Shown: positions 26,872 to 37,659, counted from the whole stretch's first letter. The stretch is DNA of 59,984 nt, filler included, from 8 parts of 8 records of this genome joined end to end with filler, not necessarily neighbours in it, one strand, 5' to 3'. Program-made: numbers and translations. The notes: a model not told the origin generated them from the letters alone.

Positions 26872-29007
26872 TTAAAACTCAAATCCAAAAGTAGCTTGAT
26901 AATATGCACCAGTCATATCAATTTCTCTATATTTCAGACCATCTTGATTCAATTCTTGTTTTAGTTCAAGTTCACCATCATAATATTTAAAATTATCAAA
27001 TTTAAGATCTTTATATCCAGCTTCAATTCCAAATAGAAGTGTTCCCATGTTCCACTCAAGACCAGCTTTTGCTTGAGCAAGAACACTCTCGTCTCCAGCA
27101 TTTAAAATAACATCGGAATTTTGGTAATCTGAACTGTCTAAAATATTTCTTACATCATTCTGAGTAACAGCACCAAAACCAAAATTTCCACCGAGATATG
27201 CAACTAAGGTTCTGCCTATTAGATTGAAGTTATACCTAGTACCTAAACTTAACTCAATACCATTAACATCATCATCAATATTGATACTAGCAAATTCTAA
27301 ATCAACATTAACCGGCCACGATAGTCCAGTCAAACCAAAAGCTAATTTCCACTGGCTGGCATCCTTTTCATCTGAGATGATATCAGTACCGTTGTTACCA
27401 TAGTAACCAGAGCCGCTAGTGTAAGTAGCTTCTTTATTTTGAACAGTTTTAGCATTTTGTATAGATCTTTTCACTTCAATTCTAAATTGGATATTCTTTT
27501 CATCGCTCTCTTTAGCAAACATATTTTCTTTTACATTAAAGTTTCCTCTAACAACTTTTGCTTCAGCATAGTTTGCAGCAATATCCATTATAACAATTTT
27601 CCCTAACTGTTCCCTTCGTTCAGCTAGTACGAAACCTGTGTCAGGGTCTCTAATGATCTCACCATTTTTATTATCAAATACATAATATACATCGCCCTTA
27701 TTAATATTCATATTTTGACCAAGGTTAATTAATACTTTACTTCTTTTCTTTTGGAAAATACGACCCTGAATTCTTACAGTTTCTTTTGCTTCTTTTAATA
27801 AAAATCCAGATTTAACAGATGTAGTAGAATCGAATACTTCAAATATCTGTCCAATCGAACTAGTTTCATCTATATTAGTAACTCGAAGTCCAGCGATCTT
27901 ATTTTGATGATTCTTATCATCAGGATGATAAATAAAGAAGTCCATATGCTTCTTTATCCCAACATCTGATCCTTTGTTAATTTTAACAATTTTTCCTCTG
28001 TTTACTGATAAAATTTTCCCTTCTATAACAAATTCATGTTCAACAGCAGGAATTAATTTATAAATTAAATCTTCACGTGCCTCCATTATTGAAGCTAATC
28101 TATCAGGCCTCTCAAGTTGAGAACCTCTATTGAAACCACTACCAGTTACAGTTTTAGAGACAAAATATTTTGCAGTGTTTCTATCATAAAACTTTACTTC
28201 AGCTTGTATAGTTGTTCCAACAGCAGGATACTCCAAAATTTCATGAGTTCTTCGATCTCTTATTTCCTCGATTTCATCAACATAGAAACTGAGGATTTTT
28301 CCTGATACTATATAGTCTGCATCTTGTTTGTTATTAACGACATTGAATCTATTAGAGCTAATTAGCCAACCTGAAAATTTGTCTTGGATTATTTTCAGAG
28401 AGTTTGCTTCTGAATTACCCACAAACTTATCAATGAAAATTGAATTTTTCTTATTTACAATTTTAGAAACAGACATAATTTCAGCTTCAATTTCTGATTT
28501 TGTGATTGATAAGTTTTTTGTTTTATCTTTGCCTAAAAGCGAAACAATAGTTTGATAATTATAATATTCATCAATTTGTTTAGATATATCGTTTAGAGTT
28601 TGTAGTCTGCTTTCGCTTTCCATATCTTTACTCTTGTCATAACTATTTGTAATGATTTCGTATAGTTGATTAATCTCTCTAGTGTATACAGGGATAGAGC
28701 TACTATCCAAATATGCAACTGTTTTATATTGCCTATTTTCTTTAGTGGTTTCATATTTTACACCTATTAATTTTAAATCAGAAGAAACATTTAATTCTTT
28801 AGTTGTATTTTTGTAATAATCATCATCTTGAACAGATTGAATATTATAAAATTCTGAACTAACATTAACAGAAATCGTACTAGTTAACTCCTCCAAAGCT
28901 GTTTTTCGTGATTCCTTCTCTTTTTTTCCATACCCTGTACCACTTAATGCTGAAAATGAAAGTGATGAAAGTAAAATACAGAATAATATAATAATGTGTT
29001 TTTTCAT
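26872..29007 (-). CDS. Multidomain outer-membrane protein (LPP20-like, CsgG-like, FlgT-C-like repeats, C-terminal beta-barrel)
   Basis: Signal peptide from ATG 29007 (AAGGAG RBS); GTGYG...ALEEL..I.V.V; RFNVV..ADYIVSGKI; two INxG...GD/G-type repeats with IIRDPDTG; amphipathic strands ending ...ATFGFEF. Confidence 0.65.
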   Translation of the reverse strand: MKKHIIILFCILLSSLSFSALSGTGYGKKEKESRKTALEELTSTISVNVSSEFYNIQSVQDDDYYKNTTKELNVSSDLKLIGVKYETTKENRQYKTVAYLDSSSIPVYTREINQLYEIITNSYDKSKDMESESRLQTLNDISKQIDEYYNYQTIVSLLGKDKTKNLSITKSEIEAEIMSVSKIVNKKNSIFIDKFVGNSEANSLKIIQDKFSGWLISSNRFNVVNNKQDADYIVSGKILSFYVDEIEEIRDRRTHEILEYPAVGTTIQAEVKFYDRNTAKYFVSKTVTGSGFNRGSQLERPDRLASIMEAREDLIYKLIPAVEHEFVIEGKILSVNRGKIVKINKGSDVGIKKHMDFFIYHPDDKNHQNKIAGLRVTNIDETSSIGQIFEVFDSTTSVKSGFLLKEAKETVRIQGRIFQKKRSKVLINLGQNMNINKGDVYYVFDNKNGEIIRDPDTGFVLAERREQLGKIVIMDIAANYAEAKVVRGNFNVKENMFAKESDEKNIQFRIEVKRSIQNAKTVQNKEATYTSGSGYYGNNGTDIISDEKDASQWKLAFGLTGLSWPVNVDLEFASINIDDDVNGIELSLGTRYNFNLIGRTLVAYLGGNFGFGAVTQNDVRNILDSSDYQNSDVILNAGDESVLAQAKAGLEWNMGTLLFGIEAGYKDLKFDNFKYYDGELELKQELNQDGLKYREIDMTGAYYQATFGFEF

Positions 29008-29123
29008 TATTACTCCTTTCAATTATTGAAGAATATAAATTATATTTTTATTATTTTTAATTTTATTTGAAATTTATCTATAATCCTGTATAATAATTTT
29101 ATATTAACTACATGGAGGATTAT

Positions 29124-29549
29124 ATGAAAAAATATCTACTAACTATTTTAATATTAAATAGTTTATACGCTTTTGCAGTTTACCATGATGGTATGTATTA
29201 CGTAGAGGCTAAAAAATCAAAATATGGTTGGACTCCTTTTACAGAAATAACTATCGTAAATAATAAGGTTGCAAAGGTTATTCATAATAGAAAAAATAAA
29301 AAAGGAGAACTTGCATCACAAGATGACAGCTTAAATAAAAAAATGTTTGAAAAATCCGGAAGTTCACCAAAAGAATACTCAGAAAAAATTCCAGTTAATT
29401 TTGCCACTGCTAATTATTCCATAAAAAACATGGACGGTATAGCTGGAGCAACAGGTTCAGTAAATGAATTCAAACAAATGGCTAAATATCTACTAATAAA
29501 AGCAGAAAAAGGAAAGCCAGGTGAATATAAAATTAGGCTAAAAAAGTAA
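29124..29549 (+). CDS. Extracytoplasmic FMN-binding protein
   Basis: Signal peptide; YHDGMY...GW; DGIAGAT flavinylation-type motif. Confidence 0.75.
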   Translation: MKKYLLTILILNSLYAFAVYHDGMYYVEAKKSKYGWTPFTEITIVNNKVAKVIHNRKNKKGELASQDDSLNKKMFEKSGSSPKEYSEKIPVNFATANYSIKNMDGIAGATGSVNEFKQMAKYLLIKAEKGKPGEYKIRLKK

Positions 29550-29780
29550 GCCAATTATTTACTTGTTTTACCGAAGAGTAAATACGTTATAATTATAATA
29601 TATTTTACTTAGGTGAGTCTTAAAATTATTATATCTAATTTTATCATAATTTAAACTGAAAAACAATTTATTATATGCTAAATTAGTTCAGCAAATATGA
29701 TATAACTGGAGCCTATCTATTTTATAGTGGAGAATTTATTATAGTATGTGATTATATTTTAATTTAGGAGATGTATATGT

Positions 29781-30584
29781 ATGTATAAAGCAGTAGCGCT
29801 TGATTTGGATGGAACAATTCTAACATCTGAAAACAAGCTAACAGAAAAAACGAAAGCAGTATTAGGGACCCTTAAAGGCAAAGGAATAAAGGTAGTTATT
29901 GCTACTGGTAGAACTTTTACAACATCAAAGCCTGTTAGAGATAAGTTGGGATTTAGACTTCCTTTAATTACAAACAATGGGTCAAGAGTTTACGATGAGA
30001 ACAATAATTTGATAAATGAGTTTTCTATATCTGCTGAGATAGTTAATAAAATTTTAGCAATTAAAAGAGATGTAGATATGCACCTCAATGTCTATAATAA
30101 TGAAAAATGGTATGTTGAGAAAGAAAATTATACAGAGCAGGTAGTGAAATATCAAAACCATAACAATTTTTACTATAAATTAATAAACTTTGAAAAGTTT
30201 AAAGATAAATCAGTTACAAAATTTGTATTTATGGGAAATTATGATGATCTATTAGAGATAGACAAAATACTAAAAAATATAGGTTCGGGGATAAAAACAA
30301 TGTTTTCAACAGAGTTTTCTTTGGAAATAATAAGTTCCAAAACGTCAAAAGCTGCAGCCTTAGCAGAAATACTTAATAGAGAAAAAATAGAGATGTCAGA
30401 GATTATAGCATTTGGTGATGGCTTTAACGATTATGAGATGTTAAATAATGCAGGTAAGGGTTGTATAATGGGAAATGCACATTATAAACTAAAAGATAGT
30501 TTGCCACATTTAGAAGTAATTGGGTCAAATGATGAAGAGGGTGTGGCAGCGTACTTAGAAAAAACATTTGAAGATATAGTTTAA
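29781..30584 (+). CDS. Cof-type HAD-IIB hydrolase
   Basis: DLDGT, ATGR, SKA, GDGFND motifs. Confidence 0.95.
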   Translation: MYKAVALDLDGTILTSENKLTEKTKAVLGTLKGKGIKVVIATGRTFTTSKPVRDKLGFRLPLITNNGSRVYDENNNLINEFSISAEIVNKILAIKRDVDMHLNVYNNEKWYVEKENYTEQVVKYQNHNNFYYKLINFEKFKDKSVTKFVFMGNYDDLLEIDKILKNIGSGIKTMFSTEFSLEIISSKTSKAAALAEILNREKIEMSEIIAFGDGFNDYEMLNNAGKGCIMGNAHYKLKDSLPHLEVIGSNDEEGVAAYLEKTFEDIV

Positions 30585-30611
30585 AAGACCAGTTTCTGGT
30601 CTTTTTTTTTT
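30583..30611 (+). terminator. Intrinsic terminator
   Basis: AAAAGACCAG-TTT-CTGGTC followed by T10. Confidence 0.85.
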
Positions 30612-30665
30612 GATATTGGGAAAGTATAGATTTTATAACCTTTGAAAAACGCAACCTGTATTATT

Positions 30666-30696
30666 AAAAAATATCCTTATTATAGAGTAAGGATAT
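30666..30696 (-). terminator. Orphan minus-strand terminator (possible sRNA 3' end)
   Basis: ATATCCTTA..TAAGGATAT stem with A-tract on its left; no minus-strand CDS upstream. Confidence 0.5.
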
Positions 30697-31005
30697 ATCT
30701 ATCCGATTTAACCCGGCAAGAAAACTTTAACTTGAATAACGTTAAGTATTGCTTTAAATTATTTTTGAGAGTCTTTCCTCATTTAGGATTTGAATTGTTT
30801 AATTGTATACTAAAATTTTAATAAATAAAATATACGTTTTAATTATTTTATTTTTTTAATTATTTTTAAACTAATAAATATTGATTTTTAATAGAAAATT
30901 TGATAAACTAATTAAAATGTTGTTAAGTTTAATCTTACACTTGTTAAATTAAATAAAAGTTTCTTATAAAATAAATGGATGTAAAAAAATCAAAGGAGGC
31001 TTTTT

Positions 31006-32808
31006 ATGGAATTAGAATTTATGAAAATCCAGATACTGGGTATTGGTATGTTGATACTAGGTGCATATGGAGGAGGAATCTTAGCAAAAAAACTTAATAT
31101 AGGTGAAACCATAGGTCAGATATTAGGTGGTATGTTTATAGGTCCCCATTTCTGGGCAGTGATTTATAATTTAATCTCAGCAAATGAAACTTTCAATAAG
31201 ACACAAAAATTTGAAGCAATTTCTAAATTTTATCATGAGGGATTTCATACTTACGCAGTTGTTTTAGAGGAATTACACTATTTTGTGTTCTTTTTCTTAG
31301 GAGTAATAGCTTTTTCACTTGGCGAAGAATTACATTTAAATAGACTAAAAAAAGTTGGAATAAAGGCAACACTAATTTGTTTGGTTCAGGCGTTTTTGAC
31401 ATGGGCGTTACTTTCATTTGGCTTTTATTATATATTTAAATTTGAATTAATTAATGCACTAATAGTAGGTTCAATAGGTATAGCTACGGCACCTGCCTTA
31501 ACATTTGTCCTGATGGGCAAGTTGAAGATTGAGGGAGAAATAAAAAATGTTCTTGCAAATATCGTTGTATTAGATGATATCATTGAAGTAATTTTCTTCT
31601 CAATATTTTTAGGAATAGCCGAGATGAAGTTGCATGGTGAAAAGTTATCATTTTCGCATTTAACATTTGAAGTATCAAAGGAACTTGTGTTAGCTATACT
31701 TGTAGGAATATTAATATTTTTAATGCTTAAATTTACAGTAAAACCAAGTAAAGCGGAAGAGGATGAAAGACTTACCGAAACATTTGAAAGCTTTCATGGT
31801 CCTATGCCATCGATAGAGATGTTTTTTATAATTATCGGTTTCGTTGCGGTTGGTTCAGCAATCGCATTACATTTCCACTTACCGTTTTTAGTAGTAGCAG
31901 TAGTAGCTGGAACATTAGTTTCGAATTTTCATTTTCATGCAATATTTGACGCCTTAAAGTTAAGTAATGTAATGCCAGCTTTAAACTTAGTATTCTTTGC
32001 AATAATTGGAGCGAGTGTAAGTATCGAAACATTTTCAAGTGAAACATTTGTATTTGTAATCGGTTATCTTTGCCTAAGAGGTTTAGGGAAATTCGGTGGG
32101 ACTTGGTTAGGCTGTAAAGTATCAGGTCAAAGAAAAGAGATAACTAACTCTTTACCTAAACTAATGTTACCTCAAGCAGGGATGGCGGCAGTAGAGACGA
32201 TACTTGTAGCTGCAATGCTAAAAGGTCATGGAGGAGAAGTAATATTTAATACTATTATCCCGGCTTTAGTTGTATTTGAACTTGGAGGAGCTTGGCTATC
32301 AGAAAAAACATTGATTAATTGGAGAGAAAAATTTCAAAATAAAAACAAGAAGAAAAATAAAAATGAAGATAATATTTTGCATGAAATAATTCGTGAAAGA
32401 GTATTTGATTTAGATGTAGCAACTAGAAAAGAAGCGATAGAAAAATTAACTCAGGTTTTAGTTGATGACAACATAATATCTGATGGTCATGAAGTGATGC
32501 ATGCTGTATTAGCTAGGGAAAAGATTCAAAGTACAGCACTTGGTGAAGGAGTAGCGATTCCTCACTGTAGAGATGAACATGTCAAAAAGACAGTTAGTGT
32601 TTGCGGTATCTTGAAAAAAGGAATTGATTGGGAAACACCAGATGAGAAGGATGTTGAGATTGTATTTCTAGTAGTAACACCTAGAGATGATCCAGGTCAA
32701 TATCTAAAGGCAGTTAGAGCGATAGTAAAAACTCTAAAAGAGTTAAGGAATGATGGAAATATCGCTACAGATACAGTTAAAAAATATTTTATACAACATA
32801 CAGTTTAA
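31006..32808 (+). CDS. Cation:proton antiporter fused to a PTS EIIA-2 domain
   Basis: About 12 TMs with GEEL, ATAPA and LDD motifs; C-terminal REKIQSTALGEGVAIPHC (phospho-His motif) and GIDWETPD. Confidence 0.88.
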   Translation: MELEFMKIQILGIGMLILGAYGGGILAKKLNIGETIGQILGGMFIGPHFWAVIYNLISANETFNKTQKFEAISKFYHEGFHTYAVVLEELHYFVFFFLGVIAFSLGEELHLNRLKKVGIKATLICLVQAFLTWALLSFGFYYIFKFELINALIVGSIGIATAPALTFVLMGKLKIEGEIKNVLANIVVLDDIIEVIFFSIFLGIAEMKLHGEKLSFSHLTFEVSKELVLAILVGILIFLMLKFTVKPSKAEEDERLTETFESFHGPMPSIEMFFIIIGFVAVGSAIALHFHLPFLVVAVVAGTLVSNFHFHAIFDALKLSNVMPALNLVFFAIIGASVSIETFSSETFVFVIGYLCLRGLGKFGGTWLGCKVSGQRKEITNSLPKLMLPQAGMAAVETILVAAMLKGHGGEVIFNTIIPALVVFELGGAWLSEKTLINWREKFQNKNKKKNKNEDNILHEIIRERVFDLDVATRKEAIEKLTQVLVDDNIISDGHEVMHAVLAREKIQSTALGEGVAIPHCRDEHVKKTVSVCGILKKGIDWETPDEKDVEIVFLVVTPRDDPGQYLKAVRAIVKTLKELRNDGNIATDTVKKYFIQHTV

Positions 32809-32812
32809 ATAA

Positions 32813-32861
32813 TAATAAAGATAGGGCAGACTAATTTTTTTAGTCTGCCCTATCTTTATTA
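32813..32861. terminator. Bidirectional terminator, 21-bp perfect stem
   Basis: TAATAAAGATAGGGCAGACTA / TAGTCTGCCCTATCTTTATTA between convergent genes. Confidence 0.85.
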
Positions 32862-32879
32862 TAAGTGAAATAATAGTAA

Positions 32880-33463
32880 TTAATTATCAAAAATATCTTC
32901 CAGAACTTTATCCCAACTAAAAGTATTTTTTACCATTATAGCTGAATTTTCACGCATATTATGGTATTTCTCGTCATTATTAGTAATCATAGAAATAAAA
33001 TCCTCAATTTTTTCAGTCCATTCACCTTCATGAAGAGCTTTTGCCACATATCCAGTTTCTCCGTTAATAACAATTTCCTTTGGACCTCCAATATCAGACA
33101 CTAGAGCAGGGACGCCGCACGACTGAGCTTCTAATACGACCATACCAAAAGTATCTGTAACACTTGGGAAAAGCAGTGCATCTGAGCTTTGATATAATTT
33201 TGGTAAATCAGTATAATCGACTTTTCCCAAAAATTCAATATTTTCATGCACACCATAATTTTTTTTCAGTTCTTTTAAATGGGGACCTTTTCCAGCAAGT
33301 TTTAGCTCAATATTAGAGTACTTTTTCGATAACTTAACAAAGATATCTAAAAGAAAATCAATGTTTTTATCTTTGGAAACTCTACCTGCATAAACAAAGT
33401 TTATCTTTTCTTTTGCGGGTTTTTCCTTTATATATGAAAAAATATTAGTTTCAATTCCTCTTT
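32880..33463 (-). CDS. GT4 glycosyltransferase, C-terminal part (5' truncated)
   Basis: YAGRVSKDKN upstream of the listed ORF; FPSVTDTFGMVVLEAQSCG motif. Confidence 0.85.
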
Positions 33464-33563
33464 NNNNNNNNNNNNNNNNNNNNNNNNNNNNNNNNNNNNN
33501 NNNNNNNTTAATTAATTAANNNNNNNNNNNNNNNNNNNNNNNNNNNNNNNNNNNNNNNNNNNN
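33464..33563. other. Artificial contig spacer
   Basis: N44-TTAATTAATTAA-N44. Confidence 0.99.
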
Positions 33564-33885
33564 TTTTGGTAATTTTCTTTGGTTGTTGTATGTTTTCAGA
33601 AAAATAAGTTCTAGACATAAAATTTAAAGTATATAAAACACCTGATTTTTTGATAGTTCCAATCATAGTTTTCATTTCAGCATCATTAACTTTAAAGCTG
33701 ATTTCAGAATAAACAGATTCTTTTTCACCATAATTATCAAAGTATATTTCAGTGAATCCACTATCAAAACCAGAAATCTCATATTTTATAAATCCCGATT
33801 TAACTTCATATTCCTTATTGTTACTTGGACTAGCCATTGTAACAGTTGAAATAATTAACAGAAATACAACAGGCAGTTTCTTCAT
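33564..33885 (-). CDS. Secreted hypothetical protein (truncated)
   Basis: AGGGG RBS; signal peptide MKKLPVVFLL...; YEVKSGFIKY..YFDNYG. Confidence 0.65.
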
Positions 33886-34281
33886 ATTAAAACGCCCCCT
33901 TATAACCTCTTCAGATGTAGTATAACTACTATTTTGAATAAAAAAATTCATTAAGCACCTCTTGCCTCTTAATTTATTCAGATAATATTAAATCCCTTTA
34001 TAATATTATCTACTAACTCTCTTAGAGTTTAATTAAAAATTATTTGATTTTGATTAATTAGTCCCTTTAACTATATTAACGTAAATGTTTATTTAACAAG
34101 GCAAATTTATACTAAACTCAGATTGTTAGTCAAAGCTCTTTACCCTTATTAATTATCACACATCAATGTTAAAATTATATTATAATTTTAGACAAATTTC
34201 TAGAGCTAAACTGAAAAAACTTATTAATTACTCCTTTCATAAGTAATTTGATAAACAAAATCAATAGTTTAGAAAATTAAA

Positions 34282-35799
34282 TTAATTTTCATCTTTAGTT
34301 TTAATATATTCAGATACAATAAATAGACAAATTATAAATACCACGTTTAAGCTACTGAGAGCAGAACTCTCTAACATAAGTTTGTCTGTAGCAATAGAGT
34401 AGTTTACAATTGAGATAACGGGAAAATAATCATTAAGCTGCATAGTGTATGAGATGGTAAATTCACCAAATATAATTGCAAATATTTGCATAAATACCGA
34501 TATAAATATATTTTTTAACATTGGAAATTCAATATATCTAAAAACTTCCATGGAGTTTGCTCCATCTAATTGAGCAGCCTCTAGAATCTCCTTTTTAACC
34601 CCTAAGACATGTTGATACATAAATGAATAAGCAACAGGAACTGATATTAGAAAATATCCAAATCCGATTAGTATAAAAAATGGGATTCCATACAATACAT
34701 TTAAGTAAAGTAGAGATATTGATAAAAATGCTCCAGAAATTCCCAGGGTAGATAAAATAGTATAGTTACTGTATTTCGTATGATGTTTAAGGAAGATGTA
34801 AACAAATATAACTACAAGAACACTTACAATAGTTGCAATAAGCCCCGTATTAATTAAAGCTTTAATTACAGGATAATCCGAATTGAATTCTCTGGAAAAT
34901 AGAACTCTTATACCCTTAACGGTAAATTTATTTTCATAAAAATTGAAGAATGCAAATAAAAGGCCAAATGATACAATAGCAAATTCAATAGTTATATATA
35001 TAATTGAAACAACTTTTACGGCAATATTTAACTTAAGTGGTTTAACCTTTTCATATTCAAACTCATAATTTTCAAAGCTATGACTCAATATATTTATAGC
35101 TGACAATATAAGTAATTGAATAAGACCGTACGCAAAGGCCTTTGAAAAATCAAAACTTGAAAGAATAGTAGTGGCAATTTCAACTTCAAGGGTAGCAAAA
35201 TTAATTCCTCCAAGTGCAAGGATAATAGCAAATGAAGTAAAGCAATATGCAAATACTAAGAAAAATGCTTTAAAAAGTAAAGGTAAAATAACAAAAAAAT
35301 CTATTTTGAAAAACATATCTTTTTTATTAAGCCCATCCAGTTCTGCCGCTTCCCTATATGAATTTGGAACTTTCCTAATTCCTTCTGCTATATATTTGAT
35401 AAAAATAGGTGAGTTATAAAAAACATTTGCGATAATAATAGTTTTTAGAGAGTATAAAAAGTTTAATTTTTTTATAAAAGCAACATTACCAATTAATGAG
35501 AAAGCCACAACTGTCGATATTGCTGGAAAAAAAAACGGTATAAAGATTGAACTCTCTATAAATTTTGAAATAAGATTACGTTTATAAACACAATAATAAG
35601 CTGGCAGAATTGCTATAAAAAATGCAATACATGTTGAGAGTAGTGCTTGGTAAGTTGTAAAACCAATTACTCTAAATGTGAATTCATCCAAAACAGATAT
35701 TATATCCATTGGTTTAAAGAAATCTCTCGCAAATATACTCAATGGAATTATCCAAATTAATAGATATATTATGTTTATGAACATTGACCTTCTTTTCAT
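34282..35799 (-). CDS. thiP: Thiamine ABC transporter permease (two BPD_transp_1 domains)
   Basis: Two EAAxLDG loops; FTTYQALLST; downstream of thiB under a TPP riboswitch. Confidence 0.85.
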   Translation of the reverse strand: MKRRSMFINIIYLLIWIIPLSIFARDFFKPMDIISVLDEFTFRVIGFTTYQALLSTCIAFFIAILPAYYCVYKRNLISKFIESSIFIPFFFPAISTVVAFSLIGNVAFIKKLNFLYSLKTIIIANVFYNSPIFIKYIAEGIRKVPNSYREAAELDGLNKKDMFFKIDFFVILPLLFKAFFLVFAYCFTSFAIILALGGINFATLEVEIATTILSSFDFSKAFAYGLIQLLILSAINILSHSFENYEFEYEKVKPLKLNIAVKVVSIIYITIEFAIVSFGLLFAFFNFYENKFTVKGIRVLFSREFNSDYPVIKALINTGLIATIVSVLVVIFVYIFLKHHTKYSNYTILSTLGISGAFLSISLLYLNVLYGIPFFILIGFGYFLISVPVAYSFMYQHVLGVKKEILEAAQLDGANSMEVFRYIEFPMLKNIFISVFMQIFAIIFGEFTISYTMQLNDYFPVISIVNYSIATDKLMLESSALSSLNVVFIICLFIVSEYIKTKDEN

Positions 35800-35843
35800 G
35801 ATAATTAACTTCCTTAATATATAATTTTGATAAAACAATAAAA

Positions 35844-35872
35844 TAAGCCCTAAACTATAAGTAAAGGGCTTA
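35844..35872 (-). terminator. Intra-operon stem-loop between thiB and thiP
   Basis: TAAGCCCT...AGGGCTTA followed by TTTTATT on the minus strand. Confidence 0.5.
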
Positions 35873-35942
35873 ACAAAAAGCTTTTTAATACCTACATGGT
35901 ATAAATATTGTAATAATAAAAATTACAATTCTTTACTGAGTT

Positions 35943-36923
35943 TTACAACTCTATTTTCATAACCTTTTCCCATTGGTCAAGCCATTTAGAAAGATTAGTT
36001 GTCACATCTTCACTAGAAACCGTTAAAGGAGTTTCTATTATTTTGGCATGTTTAAATACTTCTGGTAATTCAACATTTGTTACTGGGAACATCCATTGAT
36101 TTAATGGAATCTCTTTTTGGAATGAATCAGATAAAACAAACTCCATAAATGCATACGCCATAGGGTTCGTTTTCTTTTTCTTGACAATTGCACTACCTTC
36201 TACCTGCACAAAGCCTCCCTCTTCTGGAATGAGAGCTTTGTATTTTGTTCCACCATAGTAATGATGAGAGTATGCACCGTCCGTAGCATAACTAACCATC
36301 ATTGGAGCTTCACCAGTTTCGAATTTAGCAAACGCTTCTCCCCAACCAGGTGTAACTGTTAAAATTGCTGGTTTTAATCTTTTCCAGAAATCTAACCATT
36401 TATCTCCATATATAGCAATAGTCCATAATAAAAAATCTTGTCCAGTTGTAGATGTTCTAGGATCTTGAATAATTAATCCTTTTTCAATTTTAGTAATGTC
36501 TTCGAATGATTTTGGTAACGCACCAATTTTCTCAGGATTATATATTATAGCCAAACCACCATAATCAAAAGTAGTTGCATAATAATCGGAATCAATTTCA
36601 TATTCTTTTTTAGATAACAGTTTACTATTAAGAGGCTTAAATTTTGTTAATAAATCAGCCTTTTTAGCATTTGCTAGTGTTGCTTGACTTAACCCCATAA
36701 CAACATCAGCCTTAGGTTTTCTCTTTTCAAGTAATAATCTAGATGTAATTTTTGCTGCAGCATCAAATTTAACAAGTTTAACTTTAACACCATATTCTTT
36801 CTCAAAACTTTGTAATACTGTTTTCTCCATCCATTTCATTGAGTCAGGGGCATAAACAACTAAATCTTTAGCTGACATTACAACTGACATAAGAGTTAAC
36901 ATAATTCCAATTAGTTTTTTCAT
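35943..36923 (-). CDS. thiB: Thiamine ABC transporter substrate-binding protein
   Basis: FDYG, QDPRTSTTG, TPGW, SYATD, QVEG, NQWMFP TbpA/ThiB motifs; signal peptide. Confidence 0.9.
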   Translation of the reverse strand: MKKLIGIMLTLMSVVMSAKDLVVYAPDSMKWMEKTVLQSFEKEYGVKVKLVKFDAAAKITSRLLLEKRKPKADVVMGLSQATLANAKKADLLTKFKPLNSKLLSKKEYEIDSDYYATTFDYGGLAIIYNPEKIGALPKSFEDITKIEKGLIIQDPRTSTTGQDFLLWTIAIYGDKWLDFWKRLKPAILTVTPGWGEAFAKFETGEAPMMVSYATDGAYSHHYYGGTKYKALIPEEGGFVQVEGSAIVKKKKTNPMAYAFMEFVLSDSFQKEIPLNQWMFPVTNVELPEVFKHAKIIETPLTVSSEDVTTNLSKWLDQWEKVMKIEL

Positions 36924-36947
36924 AGATTCCTCCTCTAGTTTTATACA

Positions 36948-37577
36948 TTATTTATAATTTATTATTGCTAGCAATTTTCCACTTTTCCAAGTGATTTGAG
37001 CAAAATCATCAATTATTTCATTGCTCATAGTTAGTGAACTTCCTCGCTCAATATTTTTGTTATTCAATGGAAATTTAAACCCTATTAGGCTTATTCCTTT
37101 GACTTCTTTTGAGATAGGTATAAATGAAACTGTAGTTCCAACTTCTTTTATAAATTCATACCCAGATTTAATCATAAAGATTTCCTCCTTATGATTGATA
37201 AATTTGATATTTGGATATTTTTCACTTAAATAAAGGTTAGACAAAAAGTGGTCAGTTCTTCCACCCTGTCCGCCCAATATAATTAACTCTTTGTATTTAT
37301 TATGAAATTTATTGATTATTAACTCCCCATCCGTAAAATCTTTTAAAACGGGAAATTTATCAAATTTAACGCCTAGTTGTTTAAAGTGTGTTTTAGCAGC
37401 ATGACTTATGGAATCAAAATCCCCGATGATTAACTTTGGTATAATCCCAAACTTATAAGCATAATTAGCACCTCCATCAGCACAGTAGATATCATAACTA
37501 TCTGAATTAAGATATTGTTTGTATATTTTAGCTTTTATTTTTATTTTTCCACTTAAAATGATAACAGCTTTTTTCAT
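36948..37577 (-). CDS. thiN: Thiamine diphosphokinase
   Basis: CADGGAN, IIGDFDS, KDFTD, GGRTDH, GFKFPL, SNE; ATG 37577 after GGGAG. Confidence 0.92.
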   Translation of the reverse strand: MKKAVIILSGKIKIKAKIYKQYLNSDSYDIYCADGGANYAYKFGIIPKLIIGDFDSISHAAKTHFKQLGVKFDKFPVLKDFTDGELIINKFHNKYKELIILGGQGGRTDHFLSNLYLSEKYPNIKFINHKEEIFMIKSGYEFIKEVGTTVSFIPISKEVKGISLIGFKFPLNNKNIERGSSLTMSNEIIDDFAQITWKSGKLLAIINYK

Positions 37578-37601
37578 AAAATCTCCCAAATAATCTTTAG
37601 T

Positions 37602-37631
37602 AAAATAAAAAGTCCTCACCTAAGTGAGAAC
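37602..37631 (-). terminator. Riboswitch expression-platform terminator
   Basis: Minus strand GTTCTCAC-TTAG-GTGAGGAC-TTTTTATTTT; AGTGAGAC at the aptamer 3' end can pair with the left arm. Confidence 0.8.
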
Positions 37632-37659
37632 AAAAATATTAAATTTATGTTTATTAGTC

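Noticed and set aside
30700-30800. Possible c-di-AMP, c-di-GMP, lysine or Na+ riboswitch ahead of the antiporter
   Set aside because: Core consensus motifs not found on either strand and terminator polarity points away from the antiporter; kept only as a generic sRNA candidate.
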